Origin: an uncultured Candidatus Saccharibacteria bacterium
Lineage (GTDB): Bacteria; Patescibacteriota; Minisyncoccia; Phycocordibacterales; UBA9973
DNA length: 64,000 bases
Reading direction: 5' to 3'
Assembly: GCA_964606295.1 (NCBI GenBank)
Contig: CAZSFR010000001.1
Span: 56,504-120,503, forward strand
Numbering within the stretch: position 1 is the first letter of the stretch; every line of letters begins with the position of its first letter. The notes beneath the pieces are model-generated. The model was given only the letters and a program-made list of their open reading frames with translations. It was not told where the DNA came from and did no database searches. Below, in pieces: positions 29,554 to 37,923 of this stretch. Made by a program: the position numbers and the translations under genes.

Positions 29554-29899
29554 AGGTCACATAAACATCCTTGTTGGTCGGCTTTTTTTGTATTGCTATC
29601 CTACCTTTCATTTGTCTCATTGAATTGACCACGATGCGAATAATAACAAAGAGAATACCATTCAAAATAAGCAGTATCCAAAATATGAACCTAGCAAAGC
29701 CTGAGTCTCCGCCGAAAACATTTGTATATCCCCATAGAAAGCAAAGAATCATGAGTATTCCACCAGGAGCAAAGAGAAGTCCCAAAATCTCCACTAGAAT
29801 ATCCCTAGCTCTACTAAAAGAAAATCCATTTGGATTATTAAATCCTCTCTCTATACCGTCAACTCGATCCCTGACGCTGAAGAATTCAAACATATGCAA
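29516..29899 (-). CDS. Hypothetical small membrane protein.
   Basis: 127-aa ORF with 2-3 TM helices. Overlaps the downstream gene by 38 nt. Confidence 0.35.
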   Translation of the reverse strand: MHMFEFFSVRDRVDGIERGFNNPNGFSFSRARDILVEILGLLFAPGGILMILCFLWGYTNVFGGDSGFARFIFWILLILNGILFVIIRIVVNSMRQMKGRIAIQKKPTNKDVYVTYDAEGKRIKEND

Positions 29900-29921
29900 A
29901 TTTTAGCATAAAATTATGGAT

Positions 29922-31658
29922 TTATAGCAGAACAGCTTTGATACGTCGTACACCCTGTGAAGATGCTTCCTCTTTCTGAATTTTGAAAGTCCCGAGTTCA
30001 CTAGTATTTGCTATATGTGGACCACCACAGAATTCTTTTGAAATCGCATTTTTGTTCTCATCCTCTATCATATATACTGAAACCATATCTGGATATTTTG
30101 CACCGAACTCCATCTCAGCCCCTATCTTTTCGGCTTCTTCTCGTGGCATTTCACATTTCACTACAGCGAGTCCTTTTGCAATATTTCCATTTACAATATC
30201 CTCCACTCGCTTCTTCTCTTCATCTGTCATCTTCCTGTCAAAAGCAAAGTCCATGCGAAGCCTTTCTTCGGTAATATTGCTTCCCCGTTGTTTTACATCT
30301 TTGCCTAGTACGTGCTTTAGTGCAGAGAGTAATAAGTGGTGTGCAGTATGCAGTTTGATGGTTTGTTCATTGTGATTTGCAAGTCCGCCTTTGAACATGC
30401 CAGCAGATGAGGTGCGAGAAAGAGATTGATGTTCTGCCATTTTTTTATCAAAATCTACTCTGTCTATTTTTATTCCTTTTTCTTGCGCGAGTTCTTCCGT
30501 AAGTTCTATTGGAAATCCATATGTTGTAGCTAGTGTAAAAGCATCAGCACCTTTTTCAAATTCTTTTATCCCAGATTCCAAAGTTTTCTGAAATTTAAGT
30601 AATTCTTCTTGTAAAATCTCGTGAACTATGTTTTCACCTATTTGAGGATAAATATCTGAATATATTTTTTTGTAAATACCTACTCTTAAAACCAAAAGCT
30701 GTCCTATGTCTATATGACTTTGTTTTGCGCGAACCATCGCCCTCCTTATTAGGCGTCTCAAAATATACCCTTTATCTTTATTGTCAGGGACAACACCGTC
30801 TGAAATCATAAAAATTGCTGTTCTGATATGATCTGCAATTATCCTTAGAAATTTTTTATTCGGAATAAAACCAAGTTCAGCGCTTTTACTCATTGAACTC
30901 TGTTCTCTGAGATACTGGATTGCGTCGGCAAATATATCCGTATCATAAACACTCTCCACATTCTGCACTGTCGCAAGAAGCCGTTCAAATCCCATTCCTG
31001 TATCGATTCCCAAAGTTTCTGCTTTTGTAAGTTTTGCCTCGCCTTTATCGAGTGCTTCGCGAGATCCATCACAAGTGTATTCATTGAAAACGATATTCCA
31101 GACTTCTACGTCGTCGCCGTTTGCGTTTTTACAATATATTTCTGTCGTTGGTCCACATGGTCCGCCGAGTCCTGTAGGCCCCCAAAAAACATCCGCTCCA
31201 TCTTCACGGATATCTGCTACTCCCAGTGATTCCCAGACCGCACGAGAATCTTCATCTTTTGGAACAACTCCTTCCCCTTTGTAGAAAGTTACATACGAAA
31301 TAGTGAGCTTTAATACTTCCGTTATGAATTCGTGTGCATATTCAATAGCTTCGCGTCGTCCATATCCACCAAAAGAAAAGTTACCGAGCATTTCGAAAAA
31401 TGTCAGATGAGTTGCGTCGCCAACCTCGTCGATGTCGCCTGTGCGAACACATTTTTGACTTGTTGTAATGTTTACGCTGCCGAAGTCTTTGATAGCATTC
31501 TCTGGAGCCCCGTAGTACTGCTTGAACTGCTGCATACCAGCAGTTGTGAAAAGCACCGACGGATCGTTCTCGGGCACAAGCGAGGAAGAAGGCAAAATCT
31601 TGTGCCCTTTTGATTCGAAGAATTTAAGAAAAGCTTCTCTGACTTCATCGGATTTCAT
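29922..31658 (-). CDS. alaS: Alanyl-tRNA synthetase, truncated 578-aa form (catalytic plus editing domains; no C-terminal C-Ala domain).
   Basis: N-terminal EVREAFLKFFESKGHKILPSSSLVPENDPSVLFTTAGMQQFK. Editing-domain HxxxH (HTAHHLLLSALKHVLG) and CGGPH zinc motif. Confidence 0.85.
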   Translation of the reverse strand: MKSDEVREAFLKFFESKGHKILPSSSLVPENDPSVLFTTAGMQQFKQYYGAPENAIKDFGSVNITTSQKCVRTGDIDEVGDATHLTFFEMLGNFSFGGYGRREAIEYAHEFITEVLKLTISYVTFYKGEGVVPKDEDSRAVWESLGVADIREDGADVFWGPTGLGGPCGPTTEIYCKNANGDDVEVWNIVFNEYTCDGSREALDKGEAKLTKAETLGIDTGMGFERLLATVQNVESVYDTDIFADAIQYLREQSSMSKSAELGFIPNKKFLRIIADHIRTAIFMISDGVVPDNKDKGYILRRLIRRAMVRAKQSHIDIGQLLVLRVGIYKKIYSDIYPQIGENIVHEILQEELLKFQKTLESGIKEFEKGADAFTLATTYGFPIELTEELAQEKGIKIDRVDFDKKMAEHQSLSRTSSAGMFKGGLANHNEQTIKLHTAHHLLLSALKHVLGKDVKQRGSNITEERLRMDFAFDRKMTDEEKKRVEDIVNGNIAKGLAVVKCEMPREEAEKIGAEMEFGAKYPDMVSVYMIEDENKNAISKEFCGGPHIANTSELGTFKIQKEEASSQGVRRIKAVLL

Positions 31659-31686
31659 ACAAGAAATATAGCTTATTTTTGAGAAT

Positions 31687-31716
31687 AAAAAAAGCCTTCT
31701 ACTGAAGGCTTTTTTT
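31687..31716 (-). terminator. Bidirectional intrinsic terminator (AGCCUUC-UACU-GAAGGCU flanked by an A-run and a T-run) just after the MgtC stop.
   Basis: Read directly from the sequence. Confidence 0.55.
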
Positions 31717-32182
31717 ATTGCTGGTCGGCTTTATTATTGTACTTTCTGACTCGTTGCTCAAAATAGAACATGATGACGTAGATGAAAAGGGTGAGAAGCG
31801 TTGCTAAAATAGCAATACTGTAAAGCCCGAAACCTGCGGCCATGCCGATACCTGCTGACACCCAGATACCCACGGCTGTTGTCACGCCTTGTAAATGTTC
31901 ATTATGATAGATTATAAGTCCTGCACCAAGGAATCCGATACCGGTAACGATCTGAGACGCAACTCGTAATGGATCAAAATCGAATGTACCCATGTAAGCA
32001 GAGGTCACCATGAGCGATATAACAACGAAAAGAGCAGAGCCCATCGAAACAAGTGCGTAAGTACGAACACCTGCCATTTTGTTGGCCATGATTCTCTCTG
32101 TTCCTATGAGAACTCCACAAAGCATCGCCACTACAAGTCGTATGAACATGTCTATTGTGCTGAGGTCTTGAAATATTTCCAT
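31715..32182 (-). CDS. MgtC/SapB-family membrane protein.
   Basis: …RLVVAMLCGVLIGTERIMANKMAGVRTYALVSMGSALF… matches the MgtC N-domain. Confidence 0.7.
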   Translation of the reverse strand: MEIFQDLSTIDMFIRLVVAMLCGVLIGTERIMANKMAGVRTYALVSMGSALFVVISLMVTSAYMGTFDFDPLRVASQIVTGIGFLGAGLIIYHNEHLQGVTTAVGIWVSAGIGMAAGFGLYSIAILATLLTLFIYVIMFYFEQRVRKYNNKADQQ

Positions 32183-32213
32183 ACAAGAATTGTACTAGGT
32201 TGTCGCATTAACT

Positions 32214-33368
32214 TCAAGCTTCCGCGACGACACCTCCTCCACAACATGTATCATTGTCGTAGAAAACTATTGATTGGCCGACAGCGACCGCTGGTTTTGA
32301 ATCAAGAAATGTCAGAACATACTTCGCTTTTACACTCACAAGTTTTGCCTTGTATCTTTCCCCATGATAGCGAATATTCACATCTATAGTTTCAGGCAAT
32401 AACGAAATTATGTTCACATCTTCTAGAAAAATTTGCCCACTGTTTTCACCTTTGTCTGGATGAGTGTCAGAAACTGTGATTGTGTTTTGCTCAACATCTT
32501 TAGCGACAACAAACATCCTTCCAGCATCAGTTTTTCTCTTTTGAAGTGTGAATCCGTGTCTCTCGCCAAGTGTGTAGAACAGCGCGCCGATGTGCTTGCC
32601 GATGACTTCGCCGCCAATATCCAAAACATCTCCCTCCTTTTGATCCATGTAATGCGAAAGAAATTCTTTCATATCTATCGGACCGATGAAACAAACACCT
32701 TGGCTATCCTTCTTTTCTGCAGTTGGAATACCAACCTTCCGCCCAATGTCTCTGACTTCGTTTTTATTCAAATGTCCAACAGGAAACAAAACATGAGCAA
32801 GATCATCATGTTTGAGAGTCCACAAGAAGTAACTTTGATCCTTAGCTGGATCGATGCCAGCTAATAAATGATAATTTTTAGTTTTGAGTTCATGGCTTTC
32901 GACTGCTCGCGTCGCCTTTGCGACGCGAGCATAGTGTCCTGTCGCTATAAAATCCGCCCCTCTCTCTTCTGCAAATTGCCAAAAAACACCAAACTTCACT
33001 TCTCTGTTGCACATGACATCGGGGTTCGGAGTATTTCCTTTCTTGTATTCCTCTATCATATAGTCAGCAACACCCTTTTTGTAAGCCTCTTCTGCGTCGC
33101 ATTCAAGAAATGGTATGTCGAGAAATGACGCTATGCGCATGGCATCGCGTCTCTCATCTCGCCATGTACACTCAGCGAATTCAGGTTGCCATGTACGAAT
33201 AAACACTCCCGTGACGTCGTAGCCCTTAAACCCCTCTGGTGTCGGACGATCAAATAATTTTTCAAAGTTATTTGGTGTAGCTGTTTTCAGCAGATAAGCG
33301 CTCACTGAGGAATCCACGCCACCAGAGAGACCAATAAAAACCTTTTGTTTCTTATTCTTCACAATCAT
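32214..33368 (-). CDS. mnmA: tRNA-specific 2-thiouridylase.
   Basis: PP-loop VFIGLSGGVDSSVSAYLL, catalytic Cys residues, and a C-terminal beta-barrel. Confidence 0.9.
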   Translation of the reverse strand: MIVKNKKQKVFIGLSGGVDSSVSAYLLKTATPNNFEKLFDRPTPEGFKGYDVTGVFIRTWQPEFAECTWRDERRDAMRIASFLDIPFLECDAEEAYKKGVADYMIEEYKKGNTPNPDVMCNREVKFGVFWQFAEERGADFIATGHYARVAKATRAVESHELKTKNYHLLAGIDPAKDQSYFLWTLKHDDLAHVLFPVGHLNKNEVRDIGRKVGIPTAEKKDSQGVCFIGPIDMKEFLSHYMDQKEGDVLDIGGEVIGKHIGALFYTLGERHGFTLQKRKTDAGRMFVVAKDVEQNTITVSDTHPDKGENSGQIFLEDVNIISLLPETIDVNIRYHGERYKAKLVSVKAKYVLTFLDSKPAVAVGQSIVFYDNDTCCGGGVVAEA

Positions 33369-33399
33369 GTTCTACACAATCCAGTCAATTCACGCAAGC

Positions 33400-33945
33400 T
33401 TAAAGTATCATCAACTTCTGATATATCTCAAAAAGTGCCCGCGCGTCTGAAAGTGCCGTATGTGCATTTGAATTTTTGATACCAAAATGTCCACAGAGAG
33501 AGTACAAGGAGTAACGCAAGTCCTCAGTGTTGTGAAGCTTCGCAAACGCAAGCGAGATGGTATCAATTCGCGGATAATGCATTGAATTTGGAACTCCCGA
33601 CTGACGAAATGCCTTATCCATGAACGATGCATCAAAGGAGAGGTTGTGCGAGACAAAAATGCAGTCCTTTGTCTTTTTCGCAAATTCCCCCATTGCCTCA
33701 GAGAGACTATATGCAAATACCCAATCAGCTTCGTTGTAGCCGTTGACACGTAGCGCTTGCGGGTCTGCTGTTTCTATATGAGTTGGCTTGATTTTGATTT
33801 CAAATTCATCAAGTTGTGTCAGAACGAGCTTTCCTGAAGACCAATCCTGTGATGCAATAACACAACCAATAGACACGAGCTCGTGTCTATCAAAATCAAG
33901 TCCTGTTGTTTCTGTATCAACAAATGCTAAGTTGTGTTTTTTCAT
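33400..33945 (-). CDS. DEDDh 3'-5' exonuclease (DnaQ/epsilon-like).
   Basis: Exo I FVDTETTGL, Exo II HNLSFD, Exo III HTALSDARA. Confidence 0.8.
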   Translation of the reverse strand: MKKHNLAFVDTETTGLDFDRHELVSIGCVIASQDWSSGKLVLTQLDEFEIKIKPTHIETADPQALRVNGYNEADWVFAYSLSEAMGEFAKKTKDCIFVSHNLSFDASFMDKAFRQSGVPNSMHYPRIDTISLAFAKLHNTEDLRYSLYSLCGHFGIKNSNAHTALSDARALFEIYQKLMIL

Positions 33946-34904
33946 TTCAAGTAAAGAGATTTATTTCTTTTATGTTCTTCAAACGTATTTGCGTAGTGTA
34001 TTGTACCATTCTCATCGTGGAGATAGTAAAGGTACGATGTCTGTGTGGGATGAAGAACTGCAGAAAGTGAGACTAATCCTGGATTCCCTATTGGGCCAGG
34101 CGGAAGTCCCTTGTGGATATAGGTGTTGTAAGGAGAATCAGTCTTGAGATCGCTAAGAGAAAGAGGCTCACCCAACTTTAAAAGAGCGTATGCAACAGTG
34201 GCATCTATCTGAAGAGGCATTCCGATACGAAGTCTGTGTGCGATAATACCTGCAATCATCTCTCTGTCATCGTTGCCGTTCGTTTCGGCTTCAATAAGCG
34301 ACGCTACGATGACAATATCGCTTTTGGAAATGGCACTCTTAGCTATGTCGTCTGCGAGACTTCTGGTTTTCGTTTCAAAATTTTTGAGAAGCGTTGAGAC
34401 AATCTCTTCTGTCGAAACTGCAGGAAAAAAGAAATATGTATCAGGGAAAAGGTACCCTTCTTTCTCTTTTGTCAGTTCAGCAAATTTCAACGGGTCAAAA
34501 TTTTTGTATGCCTTGTCCATAATAATCTCGATTTCTTTGTTAGTGAGTCCTTCTGGAATTGTTACTTTCTTATAGGAAATATTGAAATCATGTCCGACAA
34601 GTTGCTTTGCTATCGCCAGGGCTCCGATAGGTTTTTCAAAATAATACTCTCCGTACGCTATGGACTCTTCTCCTCCAACTATGACAACAAGAAACTCGAA
34701 TATAAATCTAGATCGTATAAGATTTTCTTTCTCAAGACGTGCACTGACTAGTCGCAGTCCGTCGCCCTTCTCAACCGTAAGAGTATGCTCTTTTGGGAAA
34801 CTACGTGGAGGAAGTGACGCCATAAGAAACGTAACAAGAAAAAGCAAAACAAGAAGCGATGTTATGGTGTAGCGTTTTCCACCTTTGCCAAAAAGCTTTG
34901 CCAT
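33942..34904 (-). CDS. mltG: Endolytic murein transglycosylase MltG (YceG family).
   Basis: N-terminal TM anchor and YceG-like domain with the conserved …ASLIEAET… and Y…DTYFF motifs. Confidence 0.75.
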   Translation of the reverse strand: MAKLFGKGGKRYTITSLLVLLFLVTFLMASLPPRSFPKEHTLTVEKGDGLRLVSARLEKENLIRSRFIFEFLVVIVGGEESIAYGEYYFEKPIGALAIAKQLVGHDFNISYKKVTIPEGLTNKEIEIIMDKAYKNFDPLKFAELTKEKEGYLFPDTYFFFPAVSTEEIVSTLLKNFETKTRSLADDIAKSAISKSDIVIVASLIEAETNGNDDREMIAGIIAHRLRIGMPLQIDATVAYALLKLGEPLSLSDLKTDSPYNTYIHKGLPPGPIGNPGLVSLSAVLHPTQTSYLYYLHDENGTIHYANTFEEHKRNKSLYLK

Positions 34905-34907
34905 AGA

Positions 34908-36191
34908 CTAGAAAGGTAGGTTTGCCGGAGGCTTAGATGTACGAGTTTCGATACGCTCGATAGTTGGTGTTTCAGTGCTACGTGATGGGAAGTGCCAGAT
35001 CGTTGCAAGCTCTTCAGTATTCAATACGAAATACTCCGGTTTTTGGGACGGGAAAATATATGACCAGATCGGATACTCGTACGAGAGCCAAAACGGCGGA
35101 AAAAAGAGCGTGCGGAGTTTGTAGTACATGAGCATGCGGTTTTTGAGTTTGTATAGTGGTATATCGTAGGGGTTTTGCCACGGATAGTCGTATTGAGTTG
35201 ATCTGACGCGTTTGAAACCGTTTAGGTTGGGACTACTGTATTGTCTCCACATGGTACGAAAACCGCGACGTGTATTGTTATCCCACGCTTCCTTCGTTGC
35301 CACGTACATCGTGCGAATGCCGACATCAAAAGGAATCTTATCTGCGGATCTTTTGATTGCTTCGATCTCTGTCTTCAAATAATCCGGAGTTCTTGCTTCT
35401 TTTGACAAAATATTTCCATCATCATCCCTTGAAACTTTAGTGTACGGTAACAATAATTCTTTCATCAAACGCATTACTTCATCATAGTATCCGTGGTGCT
35501 TAAACAAAGTCCCGTGTGTATGCCATGTTTTGAATGATGCACGGATAATAATCTGCAACCAAAGCTGTTCACCTTTTTTGATTGAGCCCATGTATTCCAG
35601 AACTCCTGTGATAGGGTCATTGCGATACTCATCCTTTGGGTCCTTGTCAAGTCCGAAGTCAACATATGTTTTGATAGGATACGGGTCTTCCTTTGCAAGT
35701 ACCCATTCACATCCCCACGCGTTGTACGGTCCATCTTTGACTAGAGGAGGAATCCTGTGAGAGTAATCCTCTACTTTGGTCAGCTCTACCTGAGGAAAGT
35801 GTGCGTAGAGCTGAGATTCAACTAAATTGCGTAGACGAGACGGTACACGAATAAAGTAGTGTACTTGTCCGTCAATCGAAGCAAGCTCGAGTGAAAACCA
35901 AAACCACGTTGCTCCTTGGATATATATTTCCCATATTCCCTTGTCTGTTTTTTGGTAAAGAGCGTTTGTGATAAAAAGCTCCATTGCAAGTGGACTCTTT
36001 AGCATGTCACGAGGAACTTTGATTTCAATCAAATCCCATTGTATTCCTGCGATAAATCTCTCCGCAACATAGTGGTGCCAAAAAAATTCAGCAAGTATAA
36101 ATAAAATAAGTGGCGCCCAAATAACCCAGAGATCAAAAATGATGAATCCGATGATGCGCCCAAACCATGATGCTAAAAATTCGCCTTCCAT
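34908..36191 (-). CDS. Hypothetical 427-aa protein with an N-terminal TM hairpin. Trp/Tyr-rich.
   Basis: Clean ORF. No assignable domain. Confidence 0.45.
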   Translation of the reverse strand: MEGEFLASWFGRIIGFIIFDLWVIWAPLILFILAEFFWHHYVAERFIAGIQWDLIEIKVPRDMLKSPLAMELFITNALYQKTDKGIWEIYIQGATWFWFSLELASIDGQVHYFIRVPSRLRNLVESQLYAHFPQVELTKVEDYSHRIPPLVKDGPYNAWGCEWVLAKEDPYPIKTYVDFGLDKDPKDEYRNDPITGVLEYMGSIKKGEQLWLQIIIRASFKTWHTHGTLFKHHGYYDEVMRLMKELLLPYTKVSRDDDGNILSKEARTPDYLKTEIEAIKRSADKIPFDVGIRTMYVATKEAWDNNTRRGFRTMWRQYSSPNLNGFKRVRSTQYDYPWQNPYDIPLYKLKNRMLMYYKLRTLFFPPFWLSYEYPIWSYIFPSQKPEYFVLNTEELATIWHFPSRSTETPTIERIETRTSKPPANLPF

Positions 36192-36195
36192 AATT

Positions 36196-36705
36196 TTAGT
36201 ATTTTACATCTCGCTTATAAGTACGTGAGGAATCATCAGCATTTCTAAACAACAGATATCCTGACAAAGATGATGTCGTGTCTGGGTACACTAGTGTCGT
36301 AACAAAACTAGTCGTTGTCGTTGTGCCTCCTCCCAAAACAGAAACTGGAATTTCAGTCGTTAGCGGTGTGCCTGATGCGGAATAAAGTCCGACATAGGCA
36401 ATGCCGTTGGATGAAGCCTGCCAACCGCAACCGTTCACGTATCCTTGTATAACGAGAGGGCTCGATATGGATTGGTTATCTGCCGGAGTTTCTACAATGA
36501 TTCCACACACAATGTCGTTTGCTGTGGGACTGTCTGTGTCTGCTGAAACTATTACATCATCTGGAATAGGGACTGTTGGATTGACGGGTTCATATGCATG
36601 CTTGATATTCTGACTAAAGAATCCTATCAAGACCAAACACAATATTAGCCCGATAATCAAAAGAAGTGGCGCAATAAATCCCTTTTGAGATGTCGATTGA
36701 TTCAT
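36196..36705 (-). CDS. Hypothetical secreted or anchored 169-aa protein with a Thr-rich C-terminus.
   Basis: N-terminal TM/signal (FIAPLLLIIGLILCLVLIGFF). Confidence 0.4.
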   Translation of the reverse strand: MNQSTSQKGFIAPLLLIIGLILCLVLIGFFSQNIKHAYEPVNPTVPIPDDVIVSADTDSPTANDIVCGIIVETPADNQSISSPLVIQGYVNGCGWQASSNGIAYVGLYSASGTPLTTEIPVSVLGGGTTTTTSFVTTLVYPDTTSSLSGYLLFRNADDSSRTYKRDVKY

Positions 36706-36727
36706 ACTACTAGTATACCGAAAAGTA

Positions 36728-36770
36728 GGAAAAGTAACAAAAGAACCCAGACATATGTCCGGGTTCTTTT
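36728..36770 (-). terminator. Intrinsic terminator hairpin (AGAACCCGGACAT/ATGTCTGGGTTCT with one mismatch) after the sigma-region-4 gene.
   Basis: 13-bp stem with a U-rich tail on the minus strand. Confidence 0.5.
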
Positions 36771-36779
36771 GTGTTTGTT

Positions 36780-37814
36780 TTATCCTGCGAGTGAGTACAA
36801 TCCGTTCTTATTCTTTTTGAAGTACTTTGCATTCTGGAGATTTACTAAAATAGTGTTTCGCTTGAGATATCTCTCTTTGAGAACTTTGTCGATAATATCA
36901 TCTTTTGCTAGAGGACCATCTTTCTTCAAAATATCTTTGATAACTTCCCTAACAACTCCGGACTTATATCCCCATTCACGAAGTGCGTACATACCGCGAC
37001 CGACGAGAACAAAACGTGAATCCTTGATAAGTTCGTTGTGGCAGGTTGCAACATGAGTCTTCTTCCCAAATGTTGCCTCTATAGCTTTTGCAACTTCTCT
37101 AAAATGCATTGGTGAGCCATGTTTTCGCATGACAAGGTAGGCAAAATCTTTTACACCACGAGTTTTCACACTTGATGATGTTGATTTACCCCACTCTCCA
37201 AGAGGGTTTCGAGAAATACCCTTTGATAGATATAGCCATCTCTTCGCCAACTCCTCGTTTTTGTATTCACTTGAAAGATCTTTCAAGTGTGAGATGAATC
37301 TATTGACCATGTCAGGTTCGGTTACGAGCTCATCGTCAGAAAGTGAACCGTAAAGATTTTTGAGAGCAATATGAACAGATTCTGCAACTTCATGTTTGAC
37401 ACTCCATCGCGCTTTGAAATGTTCATCCTCCTTGTGTTTGCTAAAGGCGTCTCCAAGAACTAGATAGAAGTGTACGTGATTCTGGGCAACTTTGTCCTTT
37501 GCGATAGACGTAAGGAAATCCTCTTCTGAAACTATGGCTCCCATATTGTGAATCATTGCTTCGAGTTCATCAAATATTTCTTTCTCCTTTCTATAAGAAT
37601 CTGATTTGCGAATTGCAATAAGTGCGGCATTTTCTATCTGACGAACACGCTCTCGTGTAATACCATATTTTTCACCAATAGTTTCAAGTGTTTTTCTGTC
37701 GTCTTCTTGAAGACCAAAACGGCCCGTTATAACCTCGTGAGCCCTCTCCTGTAAATCATTTAATAGTCTCTTCGTTACTTGCTTTGGTTTGAATGAAATT
37801 TGCTTATTTGACAT
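36780..37814 (-). CDS. Sigma-70 region-4 domain protein fused to a C-terminal HARE-HTH-like domain. Not a complete sigma factor. Start is at MSNKQIS.
   Basis: N-terminal RFGLQEDDRKTLETIGEKYGITRERVRQIENAALIAIRK matches RpoD region 4.2. C-terminal HFREVAKAIEATFGKKTHVATCHNELIKDSRFVLVGRGMYALREWGY resembles the RpoE-delta/HARE-HTH fold. Regions 1.2 to 3 are absent. Confidence 0.55.
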   Translation of the reverse strand: MSNKQISFKPKQVTKRLLNDLQERAHEVITGRFGLQEDDRKTLETIGEKYGITRERVRQIENAALIAIRKSDSYRKEKEIFDELEAMIHNMGAIVSEEDFLTSIAKDKVAQNHVHFYLVLGDAFSKHKEDEHFKARWSVKHEVAESVHIALKNLYGSLSDDELVTEPDMVNRFISHLKDLSSEYKNEELAKRWLYLSKGISRNPLGEWGKSTSSSVKTRGVKDFAYLVMRKHGSPMHFREVAKAIEATFGKKTHVATCHNELIKDSRFVLVGRGMYALREWGYKSGVVREVIKDILKKDGPLAKDDIIDKVLKERYLKRNTILVNLQNAKYFKKNKNGLYSLAG

Positions 37815-37923
37815 ATAGTGAGTTTGTTTCGGATTGATTAAATTTAAATTCTTTGAATATTTCCATAATATCACGACATCAAACAATAGTCAAATGTGGA
37901 TAACTATTAGTATTTTGACAAGT

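Noticed and set aside
36780-37886. Annotating the 368-aa ORF as the housekeeping sigma factor RpoD.
   Set aside because: Only region 4 is present, and at the N-terminus. Regions 1.2, 2 and 3 are absent, and the C-terminus is an unrelated HTH-like domain.
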